This document shows, in pieces, positions 1-9,344 of a stretch of 64,000 bases of DNA. How positions within the stretch are numbered: the stretch's first letter is position 1; every line of letters begins with the position of its first letter. The translations under genes were made by a program, and so were the position numbers. The stretch spans positions 186,001-250,000 of the IMG/VR virus record IMGVR_UViG_3300047476_002078, one strand, 5' to 3'. The notes beneath the pieces were generated by a model. It searched no databases and had not been told where the DNA came from. It was given only the letters and a program-made list of their open reading frames with translations.

Positions 1-1
1 C

Positions 2-466
2 CCATTAAAAGGTTTAGCTACAACCAAGTCGAGATTGATTGCTGATTTTGGCGATTTAAAAATTATGACTCCTATGCCAGAAGATAGATTCGTTAATCCT
101 GAAAACGCTTTTGCTACTCCAAAAGATAGTAAAATTGTAGGATTTAACAGGAAGCAATTAATTGATGCTTTGAAATACACTCGTGCAATGGCGGATAAGC
201 ATGATTTGAAATCTAAATTTATTGTGAATGGTGATGTAACAGAGATTACTTCTTATACTGAAAATTCAAAATCAAAAGATTCTTTAAAAAGCAGAAGTAA
301 TGAAAAAATGACTTTTTCTTTAAATTGTGAGTATCTTATTGAGTTACTTTCATGCTTAAATAAAGAAGACGTAGAATTTCATGTTGTAGGTAAGGGAACT
401 TCGGGTCAAATTACTTATAGGACTGACAATTACCAATACGTTACTTCAATGTATAGCCAAGGATAG
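2..466 (+). CDS. dnaN: DNA polymerase III beta-type sliding clamp, C-terminal part (5' truncated by window edge)
   Basis: Frame is open from position 2. FNRKQLIDAL and FSLNCEYLIELLSCL resemble beta-clamp domain II/III motifs; lies directly upstream of dnaX. Confidence 0.65.
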   Translation, partial: PLKGLATTKSRLIADFGDLKIMTPMPEDRFVNPENAFATPKDSKIVGFNRKQLIDALKYTRAMADKHDLKSKFIVNGDVTEITSYTENSKSKDSLKSRSNEKMTFSLNCEYLIELLSCLNKEDVEFHVVGKGTSGQITYRTDNYQYVTSMYSQG

Positions 467-474
467 AGGTTAGC

Positions 475-1893
475 TTGTTATCTAAGAAATATAGACCTTC
501 TACATTTGCAGATTTAATCGGACAAGAGGATAATGTAATCATTCTAAAAGAGTACATCAAGAATGGTTTAATTACTCCTCTTCTCTTTACAGGTCCTTTC
601 GGTAGTGGAAAAACTTCAGCTTCTCGTGTAACAGCTAAAGCTATACTATGCCACAATTTAACTGAAGAACTAGAGCCTTGTTGCAAATGTCAAAGCTGTA
701 TTGATTTCTCAGAAGATAGAAATATTAATTATACAGAGATAGACGCAGCTTCAAACGGCGATGTTGAATCAATAAGAAATCTTAGAGAGCAAGTAGGGTA
801 CTCTTCAGTAGGTTCAAAGTTTAAAATTACAAATATTGATGAAGCACATAACATAACTAAAGCAGGTTATAACGCCTTATTAAAACAATTAGAAGAAGGT
901 TACGAGCATCATATTTTTATGTTTTGTACAAATGAGCCTGAGAAAATGTTATCCACGGTTCGATCTCGCTGTTGGAGAATTCATAGTCAAGCAGTCTCCT
1001 CTGAAAATTTATTTGAATACGTAAAAAACATTGCAGCGAAAGAAAAAATAAATGCTGAAGAAGAGGCGTTGAAACTAATCTGTGATGTTACCGCTCCGCA
1101 TATAAGAGATACTCTAAACGCAATAGATTTTCTAAACTATAAAGGTAGTGTTAATAAATCTGACGTTGAAGTTTATTTCCAAATATCTGACAAAAATAAA
1201 TTTTTAGAAATGTTGATATATTTAAAAACAGATTTGCCTAAAGCTATATACGCTTTGGATGAATTATCGAGTAGATATGATATTGATACTATTTTTTCAA
1301 AATTGGTTGAACAGTGTTTAATCCTAGAATCAAAAATAAAAGGGGTTAATTTAAAACATGACTATGTTGATTCTGAATTATTGGAACAAGCCCTTTCTCT
1401 TAAAATTGATTTTTTAGGAGTATCTTCATATCTGTTAAAAGTAGATAGACATGTTGATATGATCTACCTAAAGCACTTACTTCTTGAACTTAATAGAATT
1501 TTAAATGACGAAACCACGGCACAGTATGGAACCCCTGTTCATATTATTCGTGATATTCAAGTAATAAATTCGACACAAATAGGCGATATACCTAAAAATA
1601 TTGAAAAACCTATTGAAACGACAACTATAATATCTCCTGAAGAGGCATCGTTTAGCGGTTTTGATATAAGCAACATAATGAAGTTGTCTGACGCAAAACC
1701 TAAAAAATTGAACGATACCCAAAAACTGAAAAGTGTAAATGTTAAAACCGCATTTGGAAGTACAAAAGGGGCTGTCGAAAACGAACAATATCTTACAAAC
1801 AAGATCGGAAATAAACCTGTTCCTGTTTCAGATGTTAAAGCGTATTTAGACAAAGTGTTGGCGAAAAATGATAGCAAGAAAAAACAAATTTAA
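475..1893 (+). CDS. dnaX: DNA polymerase III subunit gamma/tau (clamp-loader ATPase)
   Basis: KYRPSTFADLIGQE start, Walker A GPFGSGKT, Zn module C..PCCKCQSC, EIDAAS, Walker B-like IDEAH, TVRSRC (SRC motif). Confidence 0.93.
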   Translation: MLSKKYRPSTFADLIGQEDNVIILKEYIKNGLITPLLFTGPFGSGKTSASRVTAKAILCHNLTEELEPCCKCQSCIDFSEDRNINYTEIDAASNGDVESIRNLREQVGYSSVGSKFKITNIDEAHNITKAGYNALLKQLEEGYEHHIFMFCTNEPEKMLSTVRSRCWRIHSQAVSSENLFEYVKNIAAKEKINAEEEALKLICDVTAPHIRDTLNAIDFLNYKGSVNKSDVEVYFQISDKNKFLEMLIYLKTDLPKAIYALDELSSRYDIDTIFSKLVEQCLILESKIKGVNLKHDYVDSELLEQALSLKIDFLGVSSYLLKVDRHVDMIYLKHLLLELNRILNDETTAQYGTPVHIIRDIQVINSTQIGDIPKNIEKPIETTTIISPEEASFSGFDISNIMKLSDAKPKKLNDTQKLKSVNVKTAFGSTKGAVENEQYLTNKIGNKPVPVSDVKAYLDKVLAKNDSKKKQI

Positions 1894-2539
1894 ACCTACC
1901 GTAAAAAAGAAAGCATCTTCCGTAAAATCTAAGTCTAAATCCCCTCCTAAGAAACAAGTTAAAAAACAAATTAAAATTTTTGAAAAAACATCTAACTGGG
2001 TAGCACTAGAGCTAACCCAGCGAGGAGAAACGGAAAAAGACGTTCAAATACTTGTTGATCTCATCAAAAGAAGTCTGGGCGACCCAAATTTAGAAATATT
2101 CGTTCCCATTTACTATGAAAATGAAGAATTTTTTGAAAAAAATGTTTCTCTTTTTAGCGGTTACTTCTTTATACGTCATGCAAAAGGATTGCCTTACCAC
2201 AAGTTAAAAGAAACTAAGTATTTTGAAGGGGTGGTTTGTAATCCTATGACAAATGAACCTGAAATAATCCCAAATTCTCAAATAGACTCACTTAAAGAAA
2301 AGTTTGAAAATTTAATTGAACAAGCATCACAAATAAAAGTTGGTCAAACTGTTAGGCTTTTGGATGGTCTTTATAAGAATTTAACAGGCAAAGTTACAAG
2401 AGTAATTAAAAAAGAAAAAATGTGCATCATTAAAATTACAAGTTTAAAAAGCCGGAATATCACAATATCTGCTCCTTTTATGAGTGTTCTTGTGGAAGAG
2501 GATATGGAAGACAATTCAGATGTTCCGACATTTTTTTAA
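1868..2539 (+). CDS. nusG: NusG/RfaH-family transcription elongation/antitermination factor with Lys-rich N-terminal extension
   Basis: NGN-like WVALELT..GE, IFVPI, LFSGYFFI; KOW motif IKVGQTVRLLDGLYKNLTGKV. Confidence 0.8.
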   Translation: MIARKNKFKPTVKKKASSVKSKSKSPPKKQVKKQIKIFEKTSNWVALELTQRGETEKDVQILVDLIKRSLGDPNLEIFVPIYYENEEFFEKNVSLFSGYFFIRHAKGLPYHKLKETKYFEGVVCNPMTNEPEIIPNSQIDSLKEKFENLIEQASQIKVGQTVRLLDGLYKNLTGKVTRVIKKEKMCIIKITSLKSRNITISAPFMSVLVEEDMEDNSDVPTFF

Positions 2540-2545
2540 GGGGTA

Positions 2546-3178
2546 TTGATGGGTTCAATATTTGTTCAAGCTATTGATTCTAATGAATTAGAAGCACGAT
2601 TTAGCAATGATGACAGGTTAATGTACTTTGGTCAAAGTAAGTATTCTCTTGATGATGTAAAACCTTACTTGGCAATGCTACCGAAAAAAGAAGCTGATTT
2701 GATTTTGATGTATTACATACTTAAAAAAGATCAAAAAGAGATAGCAAAAATTTTAAATTTATCCCAAGGCGGAGTATCTCACCGAATCGCTCGTGCCCGT
2801 GAAAGACTTAAATTTCTTATTTCTATTCCTAAATTTTCTCGATCTGAACTATTTGAAGACCTAAAAAACATAATTGAAGAAGAAGTTGATTTAATTATCA
2901 TGTGGGAGCTTTATAAAACTACATGTCAAAGCCAAGTTGCGGAAGTTGTCGGAATGACCCAATCAAGAGTCAGACACCGCTTTATGAAGTCTTTAAAGAT
3001 ACTTGAAGATAAATCAGAAACATGTGAAAAATTAAAAATATACTTTGAAGCTTTTCACCAAATATCAAAAAATTTCAATATTCTGCATGAAATTAGTCTT
3101 CCTAAGTGGGCACATAAGAATAAGGACTACAAAGATATTCGTTTGAAGAATGTAAAGAAGGCTAAAAAATCGAAGTAA
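2546..3178 (+). CDS. Protein with two sigma70 region-4-like HTH domains
   Basis: LPKKEADLILMYYILKKDQKEIAKILNLSQGGVSHRIARARERLK is a typical sigma-4 HTH; second copy TCQSQVAEVVGMTQSRVRHRFMKSLKIL. No region 2 seen. Confidence 0.7.
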   Translation: MMGSIFVQAIDSNELEARFSNDDRLMYFGQSKYSLDDVKPYLAMLPKKEADLILMYYILKKDQKEIAKILNLSQGGVSHRIARARERLKFLISIPKFSRSELFEDLKNIIEEEVDLIIMWELYKTTCQSQVAEVVGMTQSRVRHRFMKSLKILEDKSETCEKLKIYFEAFHQISKNFNILHEISLPKWAHKNKDYKDIRLKNVKKAKKSK

Positions 3179-3203
3179 TTGTCTAATAATTAATATTTTT
3201 ATT

Positions 3204-4076
3204 ATGAAAATAAGCCTTAAAAAAAGGTCTGACACTGACCCATCTTCTCCAAATAGAGCGTTTGATTGGCAAACAGGCAAGACCTATACGCAATTTCAAA
3301 GATTCCGTATGCCCGGTGAAGATAGAAACACTCATAGCGTTCTACCGGGCGACTCACTGGCAAACCCTTTTCTTAAAATACATCCAAAGTATTTGAGAAA
3401 AATGTATCAAATAGAAACTGACATCAAAGTAAAGAAGTTAATTTGGAAGGCTTTGAAGCAATGGGCACGTTTGTATAGTGATTCACTAATAAATCCTTAT
3501 AAATACGATAAATATTTCAATGATATAAAAAATGATTATAAATATTTAGATAACGTGGCGGAAAAAATATCTTCAAAATTCGCTGAATTTTATCCTTCAC
3601 GGAATTTATTTTATTATCAGTCAGGAGAAACTAACCAATATCCTAACATAGATGATGGTTATTTAGAGCCTACTGTTGGAGATTCAGATGAATTACATAA
3701 CCGTAAATTATTTGTATATCCAAATAAATATGAGCAAAATAGACCTGAGAATCCTTCGTGGGGTGAGGGAGATTTTCAAACCCCTTATGATGGAGAAATT
3801 AACAAAGACTTGGACATTAATAGGGGAGCGAAAATGAGTTTTTTTGATACATTCGTGTGGGGCGAGGTAGAAAATCTCGATAACCTATTCAATAAAAATA
3901 AAAAAGCTTCAATGAAGAAAGTATCTAAAATAGTTAAAGTTGCTGATTTAGAAAATTTCACAAAAATAGGTGAAAACCTTTTGGTTCATAAAAGCGATAA
4001 AGACCTTTGGGCTATGGAAACAGATGATAATGGAAACATAGTTATTAGCAGACTTTTTGAAGGCGATATAATTTAA
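3204..4076 (+). CDS. Hypothetical protein (head-module neighbourhood)
   Basis: 290-aa ORF collinear with its neighbours; no family recognised. Confidence 0.6.
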   Translation: MKISLKKRSDTDPSSPNRAFDWQTGKTYTQFQRFRMPGEDRNTHSVLPGDSLANPFLKIHPKYLRKMYQIETDIKVKKLIWKALKQWARLYSDSLINPYKYDKYFNDIKNDYKYLDNVAEKISSKFAEFYPSRNLFYYQSGETNQYPNIDDGYLEPTVGDSDELHNRKLFVYPNKYEQNRPENPSWGEGDFQTPYDGEINKDLDINRGAKMSFFDTFVWGEVENLDNLFNKNKKASMKKVSKIVKVADLENFTKIGENLLVHKSDKDLWAMETDDNGNIVISRLFEGDII

Positions 4077-4088
4077 GGATAAAAGTAT

Positions 4089-5555
4089 ATGTCAAAAAAC
4101 ACAATCGACAATTTTTTTAACGACGCTGTAGCAGACCATGAATGGTTGGATGCTAATGATAAGGTGAACGCACCTTTTAGCGATTACCCAAGCTACAATA
4201 AACTTCCTGAATTAGCTTTTCAAGAAATGCCTCAACCTTTACATAAAGATTTTTTGAAAACCAAAGAAGCTAACATTGAAAAGGTTTCCAACGAAGTTAA
4301 AAAACAACTTATGTTAGGAAAATCTTTAAAACATGTTAAAGAGTCTGTGATTGATAACTTACCTGTGTCTATTAAGGTTTCTGCTTATCATGAACTAACT
4401 AAAATCGCAGAAGAGTTTCCTTTATTAGGAACGGTGTATATTGAACCTTCAGCATTTGGAGATAATGCAAAAAGTTGTGTTAATGGGTCTAATATACTCA
4501 ATCAAAAAAATTCTAGTAAACTTGCTATCTATGCCAAAAAGATGGCTTCTTGCGGTGGATGCTCTTATAACCAAGGTGGGGTTTGCAGACTTTACAAAAA
4601 AGCCTTAGTAGAAGAAATTCCTTATACTGAAAAAACATTTAACCATTATAAAAATCATCTCGTAGTCGCAAATAAAGTCGCTTCATCAAAGCAAATAACT
4701 TCTAAAGAAGAGTTAAAAAACGCTTTAATGTCTATCAACAGTGTTAAAAAAGAAGCTTCATCTGTTGTTTACCACAATGAATCTAAGCGTACAGCTACTA
4801 CAAAATCAGCAACATATAATTTTGAAAATAAAGAAAAGATAGATATTTCAAAAGATTTATCTTTGAAACTCGCTTCGGGAATTGAAGCAAGTATTTTTAA
4901 AAATTATGTAACGACTAAATATTCTTCTGAGTATAAAAAATATCCTGAAGTTTTTTCTAAATATGCAGGATTTGTAGGAAGTTTAGGTCGAGTTTTTATT
5001 GAATTATCCGCTTTTAATTCTTTAGCAGAAGCTAAAAATTTTATTGTCAGAAATGCAAGTAAAGTTCCTTTTGTTTTATCTGATAACAAAAGAAAATATA
5101 CTGATCTTGATGAAAAATTCTTGGGTAAAAAAATCATATCTTCTTTAAAAGAAATCCCTATGAAATATTGGGAAAACAATTTAAAAGGTTTCTCTTTCAA
5201 TCCGTCTGATTTGAAGTCTAACCCTCTAGCTGTCACGAAAAAAGCTTTTCTCAAAACAGAGAAAGTCAAAACTGCTTCCCATGTAGAAACTTTTGATATG
5301 GAAAGAGAAATTGATATTAATGGTTTTGACCCATCGTATAATAATTCTGATAAAAAGATTCAACCTAAGATTAAAAAGGAAAGAGAAGTAAAAAGCTCCA
5401 AGCCCGTGCCTGCCGAAGGTTTTAAGAAATCAGCTACATCTTTAGTCGAAACTGTTAAAACAGAAGACGCAAAGGTTAAGGTTAGATTAGATAAATCATT
5501 AGAAGTTGAAATGGAATCAACTGATTTCGATCAGAGCATATCAAAATACTTATAA
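4089..5555 (+). CDS. Hypothetical protein with Cys cluster, rich in [KR]-x-A-[ST] motifs; possible head/internal protein
   Basis: 488-aa ORF; C..CGGC..C cluster; nine [KR]xA[ST] motifs; upstream of the terminase genes. Confidence 0.55.
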   Translation: MSKNTIDNFFNDAVADHEWLDANDKVNAPFSDYPSYNKLPELAFQEMPQPLHKDFLKTKEANIEKVSNEVKKQLMLGKSLKHVKESVIDNLPVSIKVSAYHELTKIAEEFPLLGTVYIEPSAFGDNAKSCVNGSNILNQKNSSKLAIYAKKMASCGGCSYNQGGVCRLYKKALVEEIPYTEKTFNHYKNHLVVANKVASSKQITSKEELKNALMSINSVKKEASSVVYHNESKRTATTKSATYNFENKEKIDISKDLSLKLASGIEASIFKNYVTTKYSSEYKKYPEVFSKYAGFVGSLGRVFIELSAFNSLAEAKNFIVRNASKVPFVLSDNKRKYTDLDEKFLGKKIISSLKEIPMKYWENNLKGFSFNPSDLKSNPLAVTKKAFLKTEKVKTASHVETFDMEREIDINGFDPSYNNSDKKIQPKIKKEREVKSSKPVPAEGFKKSATSLVETVKTEDAKVKVRLDKSLEVEMESTDFDQSISKYL

Positions 5556-5567
5556 ATCTGACTCTCG

Positions 5568-5599
5568 AAGCTACAATAGACTATGTACTATTGTAGCTT
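5568..5599. promoter_or_regulatory. Perfect 12-8-12 inverted repeat (terminator, operator or packaging-related site)
   Basis: AAGCTACAATAG-actatgta-CTATTGTAGCTT, intergenic, just upstream of the AGGAG ribosome-binding site (RBS) of the putative terS. Confidence 0.55.
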
Positions 5600-5614
5600 T
5601 GGTTTAGGAGTCTT

Positions 5615-6268
5615 ATGTCAAACGATAAAAAATATAAAGAAATAGATTTAGATAATATCGAAAATGATGATGATTTAAAAAGAAAGGCTGAAGCTCTGAT
5701 CGAGCAAGAAGTCTCTAAAAACTCCTCTTATACTTCAAGCTACAGTCAACCTATTATACCTACAACAATACACGGCTCAGTACCTTCCCCTTCACAAAAA
5801 ATTGATGCTGATAAATACAAAAGCGAAAAAACTAACTTTATCGTGGAGGATAATCTTTTAAAGATGATACGTGAAGGTTCCAACAGCTTTGCTTTGCTAG
5901 ATAAAGTGATTGAAGAGATAGCCGAAGAATCAGCCAGTTTAAAATTTGATCGTAATTTCAGTGAAAGCCTTTTCGCTTTAGCTGGAGAGAACACTAAAGT
6001 TTCAAAAGCTAGAGCACAAATTCTGAAAACAATTGGTGATCTTCTTGTTACTAAGAGGGAGCTTGCAAAAAACGATGTTATTAATTTGAAGGGCAAGAGG
6101 ATGCAAGCAGTCTTCAAATATTTTATGACAGTCATCAAAACATCCATAGATCAAACTGAATCAATACTTCCAGAGCAAAAAGAACTTTTTTGGTCTAACC
6201 TGCAAAAGAATTTAGTTGATTTTGAAGAAAACGCTGAAAAAGTTATGTCAAAAGTAGAGGAAGAATGA
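5615..6268 (+). CDS. Probable terminase small subunit
   Basis: Directly upstream of TerL with ATGA overlap; helical/coiled-coil character. Assignment rests on position only. Confidence 0.45.
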   Translation: MSNDKKYKEIDLDNIENDDDLKRKAEALIEQEVSKNSSYTSSYSQPIIPTTIHGSVPSPSQKIDADKYKSEKTNFIVEDNLLKMIREGSNSFALLDKVIEEIAEESASLKFDRNFSESLFALAGENTKVSKARAQILKTIGDLLVTKRELAKNDVINLKGKRMQAVFKYFMTVIKTSIDQTESILPEQKELFWSNLQKNLVDFEENAEKVMSKVEEE

Positions 6269-8982
6269 GCATTGCAAATTTAGCAGGTTCTTTCATCCAG
6301 CAAAATGATGATGGAAGAGTTGCAGACATTATTACTTTTTGTGAGGCTCCTTGGGGTTTAAATATGAACCTCAAGACAGGTAACACAACTTTAAGACCTG
6401 TTCAAAAATTAGTAATGAAGTGTTACTACAATCTTGAACTTGATAATAAAGAAAAATCAATTATCGTTCGAGACTTCTTGAACGAAGAAGAAAAATACAG
6501 ATTCACAGAACAAGAATATCTTCACTTCCTTTATAACGAAGGAAGAACAAACATAAAAGAAGTTGGAAGTAAGTTAAGAAACGAATTAGTTTTAGTGGCT
6601 GGTCGAAGGGGAGGAAAATGCCTCAAAGAAGGAACGCTTATTTTAACTCCCAAAGGTCCTGTAGAAATTGAAAAAATTAAAGCAGGCGACACAGTTTATG
6701 GATACAATGCAGATGGTTCAGTAAGCCCTACTAAAGTTTTGAATGTAGCCGATCAAGGTATTCAAGAAGTTGTTGATTTAACTTCAGGTACAGAAGTTAT
6801 TCAAACTTGTACATTTAATCACAAATGGTTGACTATAGATGAAATAAACGACAAAAAAACTGAAAAAACACCTTCAACTTTTTGTAAAAGAGAGGGGAAT
6901 CAGTATGCAAATATTGTAAGAAAAATAATTAAAATACCTTGTGGAGATGTTGAAGAGTCTCATGCTTATGGTATCGGAAAATATCCGTGGGGAAAAATTG
7001 TAGATTTAGATGTCGTTAAAAAATGGAATCGTGAGTCTTTGTTAAATTTTTTAGCAGGTTTTCTTGATACTGATGGAAGCGTAAGCGTTTCAGAAAATAC
7101 AATTTCAATAGAATTTTTTTGTCAATCAAAGTCGATTCTTGAAGCAGTAGATTACGCTTTTTTAACTTTGTTCCAATATAAACTTAATTGGAGCATTGAT
7201 AAACGAGATGTAAATGAAACTGTTTATCGACTAAGAATGAAAAACAATTTTTTTGCTAAAGCCGCTTTGCGTGAACTTAATGATTATTTGGTTAATCCTG
7301 CAAGAAAATGGAAACCTGAATATGAATCATTTTTGGAAAATAACTCTAATCCTTATTATGTCGGAGTAAAATTAGGTAAAAAATATGAAGCTAGAACTTA
7401 TGATATTGAAGTAGATAATGAAACAAGTCTTTATGTTTTAGCAAACCAAGGATTAGTAACACACAATAGTAAATTAGGTGCTATTGTTTCTGCTTACGAG
7501 GCATACAGCTTAATTAAAAAACAACATCCTCAAAGAGCTTACGGTCTTACAGACAACGCTGAGATTTATCTTACAACCGTTGCAACATCCACAGAGCAGG
7601 CGGAACTCCTCTTTAATGATATTGCTGCTTATATAGACAGTTCTCAATTTTTTAACCGCTACAAGAATGACCCTACTCTTCAGTTCATGAAGTTGAGATC
7701 ACCTTATGATATTGAAAATAGCGGTCAAGATGGTCGAACTTCAATCATTATTAAAGCCGCTCCGTGTTCCGGTCGAGGTCTTCGTGGTATGGCAAACATT
7801 GTTATTATCATGGATGAGCAAGCCCACTTTATTGATTCTTCTACCAACAAATCTGACGCTGCTATTTATGAAGCTGTAACACCTTCAACTCTTTCATTTG
7901 GTAAAGATGCTAGAATTTTAAATATTAGTTCTCCTCTTAACAAACAGGGAAAACTTTGGGAATTATACAACGCATCATTTCAATCTGAAAAGATTTTAAT
8001 GTTTCAAATACCGACGTGGGAACTTTACCCTCAAGTTGACTCCTCTGAATTAAGAGAAAGATACCGCCGAAATCCAGATGTATATTGGTGTGAAATTGGA
8101 GCAAAATTTTCTGATACCGTAAAATCTTGGATGCCTGTTGAACAGTTGGTAAAATGTATAGAGCCTACCCTCAAGCCAAAGCTTAGAGGTCTTCCAAAAA
8201 CGGAACACTTTATGGGGATTGATATAGGTCTTAAAAAAGACCAAACTGCCATAACTGTTCTTCATGTTGAAAACAAGAGAGAGCCTGTTTTCAATGTAAA
8301 CGGTCAATTAATTGACGAAATCATAGTTCCAAAATACGAGCTTGATTACCAAGAGGTTTTACAAGCAGGCGTTGGTAAACACGTAGGTAGAGAGTTTTTA
8401 GATTTCGATAATATCGCTGACAGGATTGAAAGTGTCTGTAAAGATTTTATGGTCGTGAAAGGTTTATTTGACCAATATAACGGCGTTCCTTTGATGCAAT
8501 CTCTCCAGAAAAAAGGATTGAACCAGTTTTCTATGGTGTATTTTGACCGTAGATTCAATTCAGAACTTTACAATAATTTTATGCTTCAAGTCATTGATGG
8601 GAAATTAGTTTTATTCGACGACCCTGAATCAAGTCAGCCCTTGGCTGAAGGTAAGCATGGACCTTTTATTTCTGAAATAATTGACCTTCAGAGTGAATTT
8701 ATATCAAAATATATTACACAGGTGTTTGCTCCCGAAATTGAAGGTAAGCACGATGACCGCTCTGACTCATTTGTTCGAGCTTTGTGGTGTGCGACGGAAT
8801 GGCTTACAAAAAATAAAGATAATTCGGGGCAGTTTTTACCGTCTTTGCAATTTACGGAAAATGGTAATTCTTCAGGTATGCAAGCAAGGAAGCATAGACC
8901 TTACATGAATCAAAGAGTTGGAACGTCTAACAATAGAGCTAGTCCATACTCCGTGTTTTTTAATAAGAGAGGAAGGCGTTGA
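6265..8982 (+). CDS. terL: Terminase large subunit containing an intein
   Basis: Walker A LVAGRRGGK/S split by the intein, Walker B IVIIMDEQ, RNase H-like nuclease motifs MGIDIG, FDQYN and HDDRSDS; upstream of portal. Confidence 0.92.
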   Translation: MSIANLAGSFIQQNDDGRVADIITFCEAPWGLNMNLKTGNTTLRPVQKLVMKCYYNLELDNKEKSIIVRDFLNEEEKYRFTEQEYLHFLYNEGRTNIKEVGSKLRNELVLVAGRRGGKCLKEGTLILTPKGPVEIEKIKAGDTVYGYNADGSVSPTKVLNVADQGIQEVVDLTSGTEVIQTCTFNHKWLTIDEINDKKTEKTPSTFCKREGNQYANIVRKIIKIPCGDVEESHAYGIGKYPWGKIVDLDVVKKWNRESLLNFLAGFLDTDGSVSVSENTISIEFFCQSKSILEAVDYAFLTLFQYKLNWSIDKRDVNETVYRLRMKNNFFAKAALRELNDYLVNPARKWKPEYESFLENNSNPYYVGVKLGKKYEARTYDIEVDNETSLYVLANQGLVTHNSKLGAIVSAYEAYSLIKKQHPQRAYGLTDNAEIYLTTVATSTEQAELLFNDIAAYIDSSQFFNRYKNDPTLQFMKLRSPYDIENSGQDGRTSIIIKAAPCSGRGLRGMANIVIIMDEQAHFIDSSTNKSDAAIYEAVTPSTLSFGKDARILNISSPLNKQGKLWELYNASFQSEKILMFQIPTWELYPQVDSSELRERYRRNPDVYWCEIGAKFSDTVKSWMPVEQLVKCIEPTLKPKLRGLPKTEHFMGIDIGLKKDQTAITVLHVENKREPVFNVNGQLIDEIIVPKYELDYQEVLQAGVGKHVGREFLDFDNIADRIESVCKDFMVVKGLFDQYNGVPLMQSLQKKGLNQFSMVYFDRRFNSELYNNFMLQVIDGKLVLFDDPESSQPLAEGKHGPFISEIIDLQSEFISKYITQVFAPEIEGKHDDRSDSFVRALWCATEWLTKNKDNSGQFLPSLQFTENGNSSGMQARKHRPYMNQRVGTSNNRASPYSVFFNKRGRR
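6619..7467 (+). other. Intein (283 aa) with partial LAGLIDADG homing endonuclease
   Basis: Starts CLKEGTLILT (block A, Cys1), ends LVTHN followed by +1 Ser; internal FLAGFLDTDGSV motif. Removal restores GRRGGKS. Confidence 0.93.
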
Positions 8983-9344
8983 AAATTAAAAACCAAGATG
9001 AAGCCAGAAAGGTTTTGAGCAAAGTTAATGAGAAAAGCCGCCAAATGCTTGCAGACTTTTACGAACTTCAAAAAAACCTGACTGAATTAGAAAGGTTTTT
9101 TAGATCAGACTCGGAAAATTACAAAAATTTTACTAATGTTAATTCTATTCGGATTGCAGGGAACGAAATAGCTAGAATCAGTCGTAAAGTTCCTCCTGTA
9201 GGTTCGGTTTTAAAGCACCTATCTAACATTACATACCCTTTGACTTTTACGGAAGAACCTTTTGTGTATCCAAAAAAAGAATCTCCTAATAAAATCAATA
9301 AGAATGTAGTTGTACCTAAAATAAATTTGGAAGATGAAGAATAA
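8979..9344 (+). CDS. Hypothetical protein
   Basis: 121-aa ORF overlapping the terL stop and abutting the portal start. Confidence 0.6.
   Translation: MKIKNQDEARKVLSKVNEKSRQMLADFYELQKNLTELERFFRSDSENYKNFTNVNSIRIAGNEIARISRKVPPVGSVLKHLSNITYPLTFTEEPFVYPKKESPNKINKNVVVPKINLEDEE

Noticed and set aside
1500-1893. Programmed -1 frameshift in dnaX (gamma/tau)
   Set aside because: Only ordinary A6 runs were seen; no A-AAA-AAG slippery site with a downstream hairpin and upstream SD.
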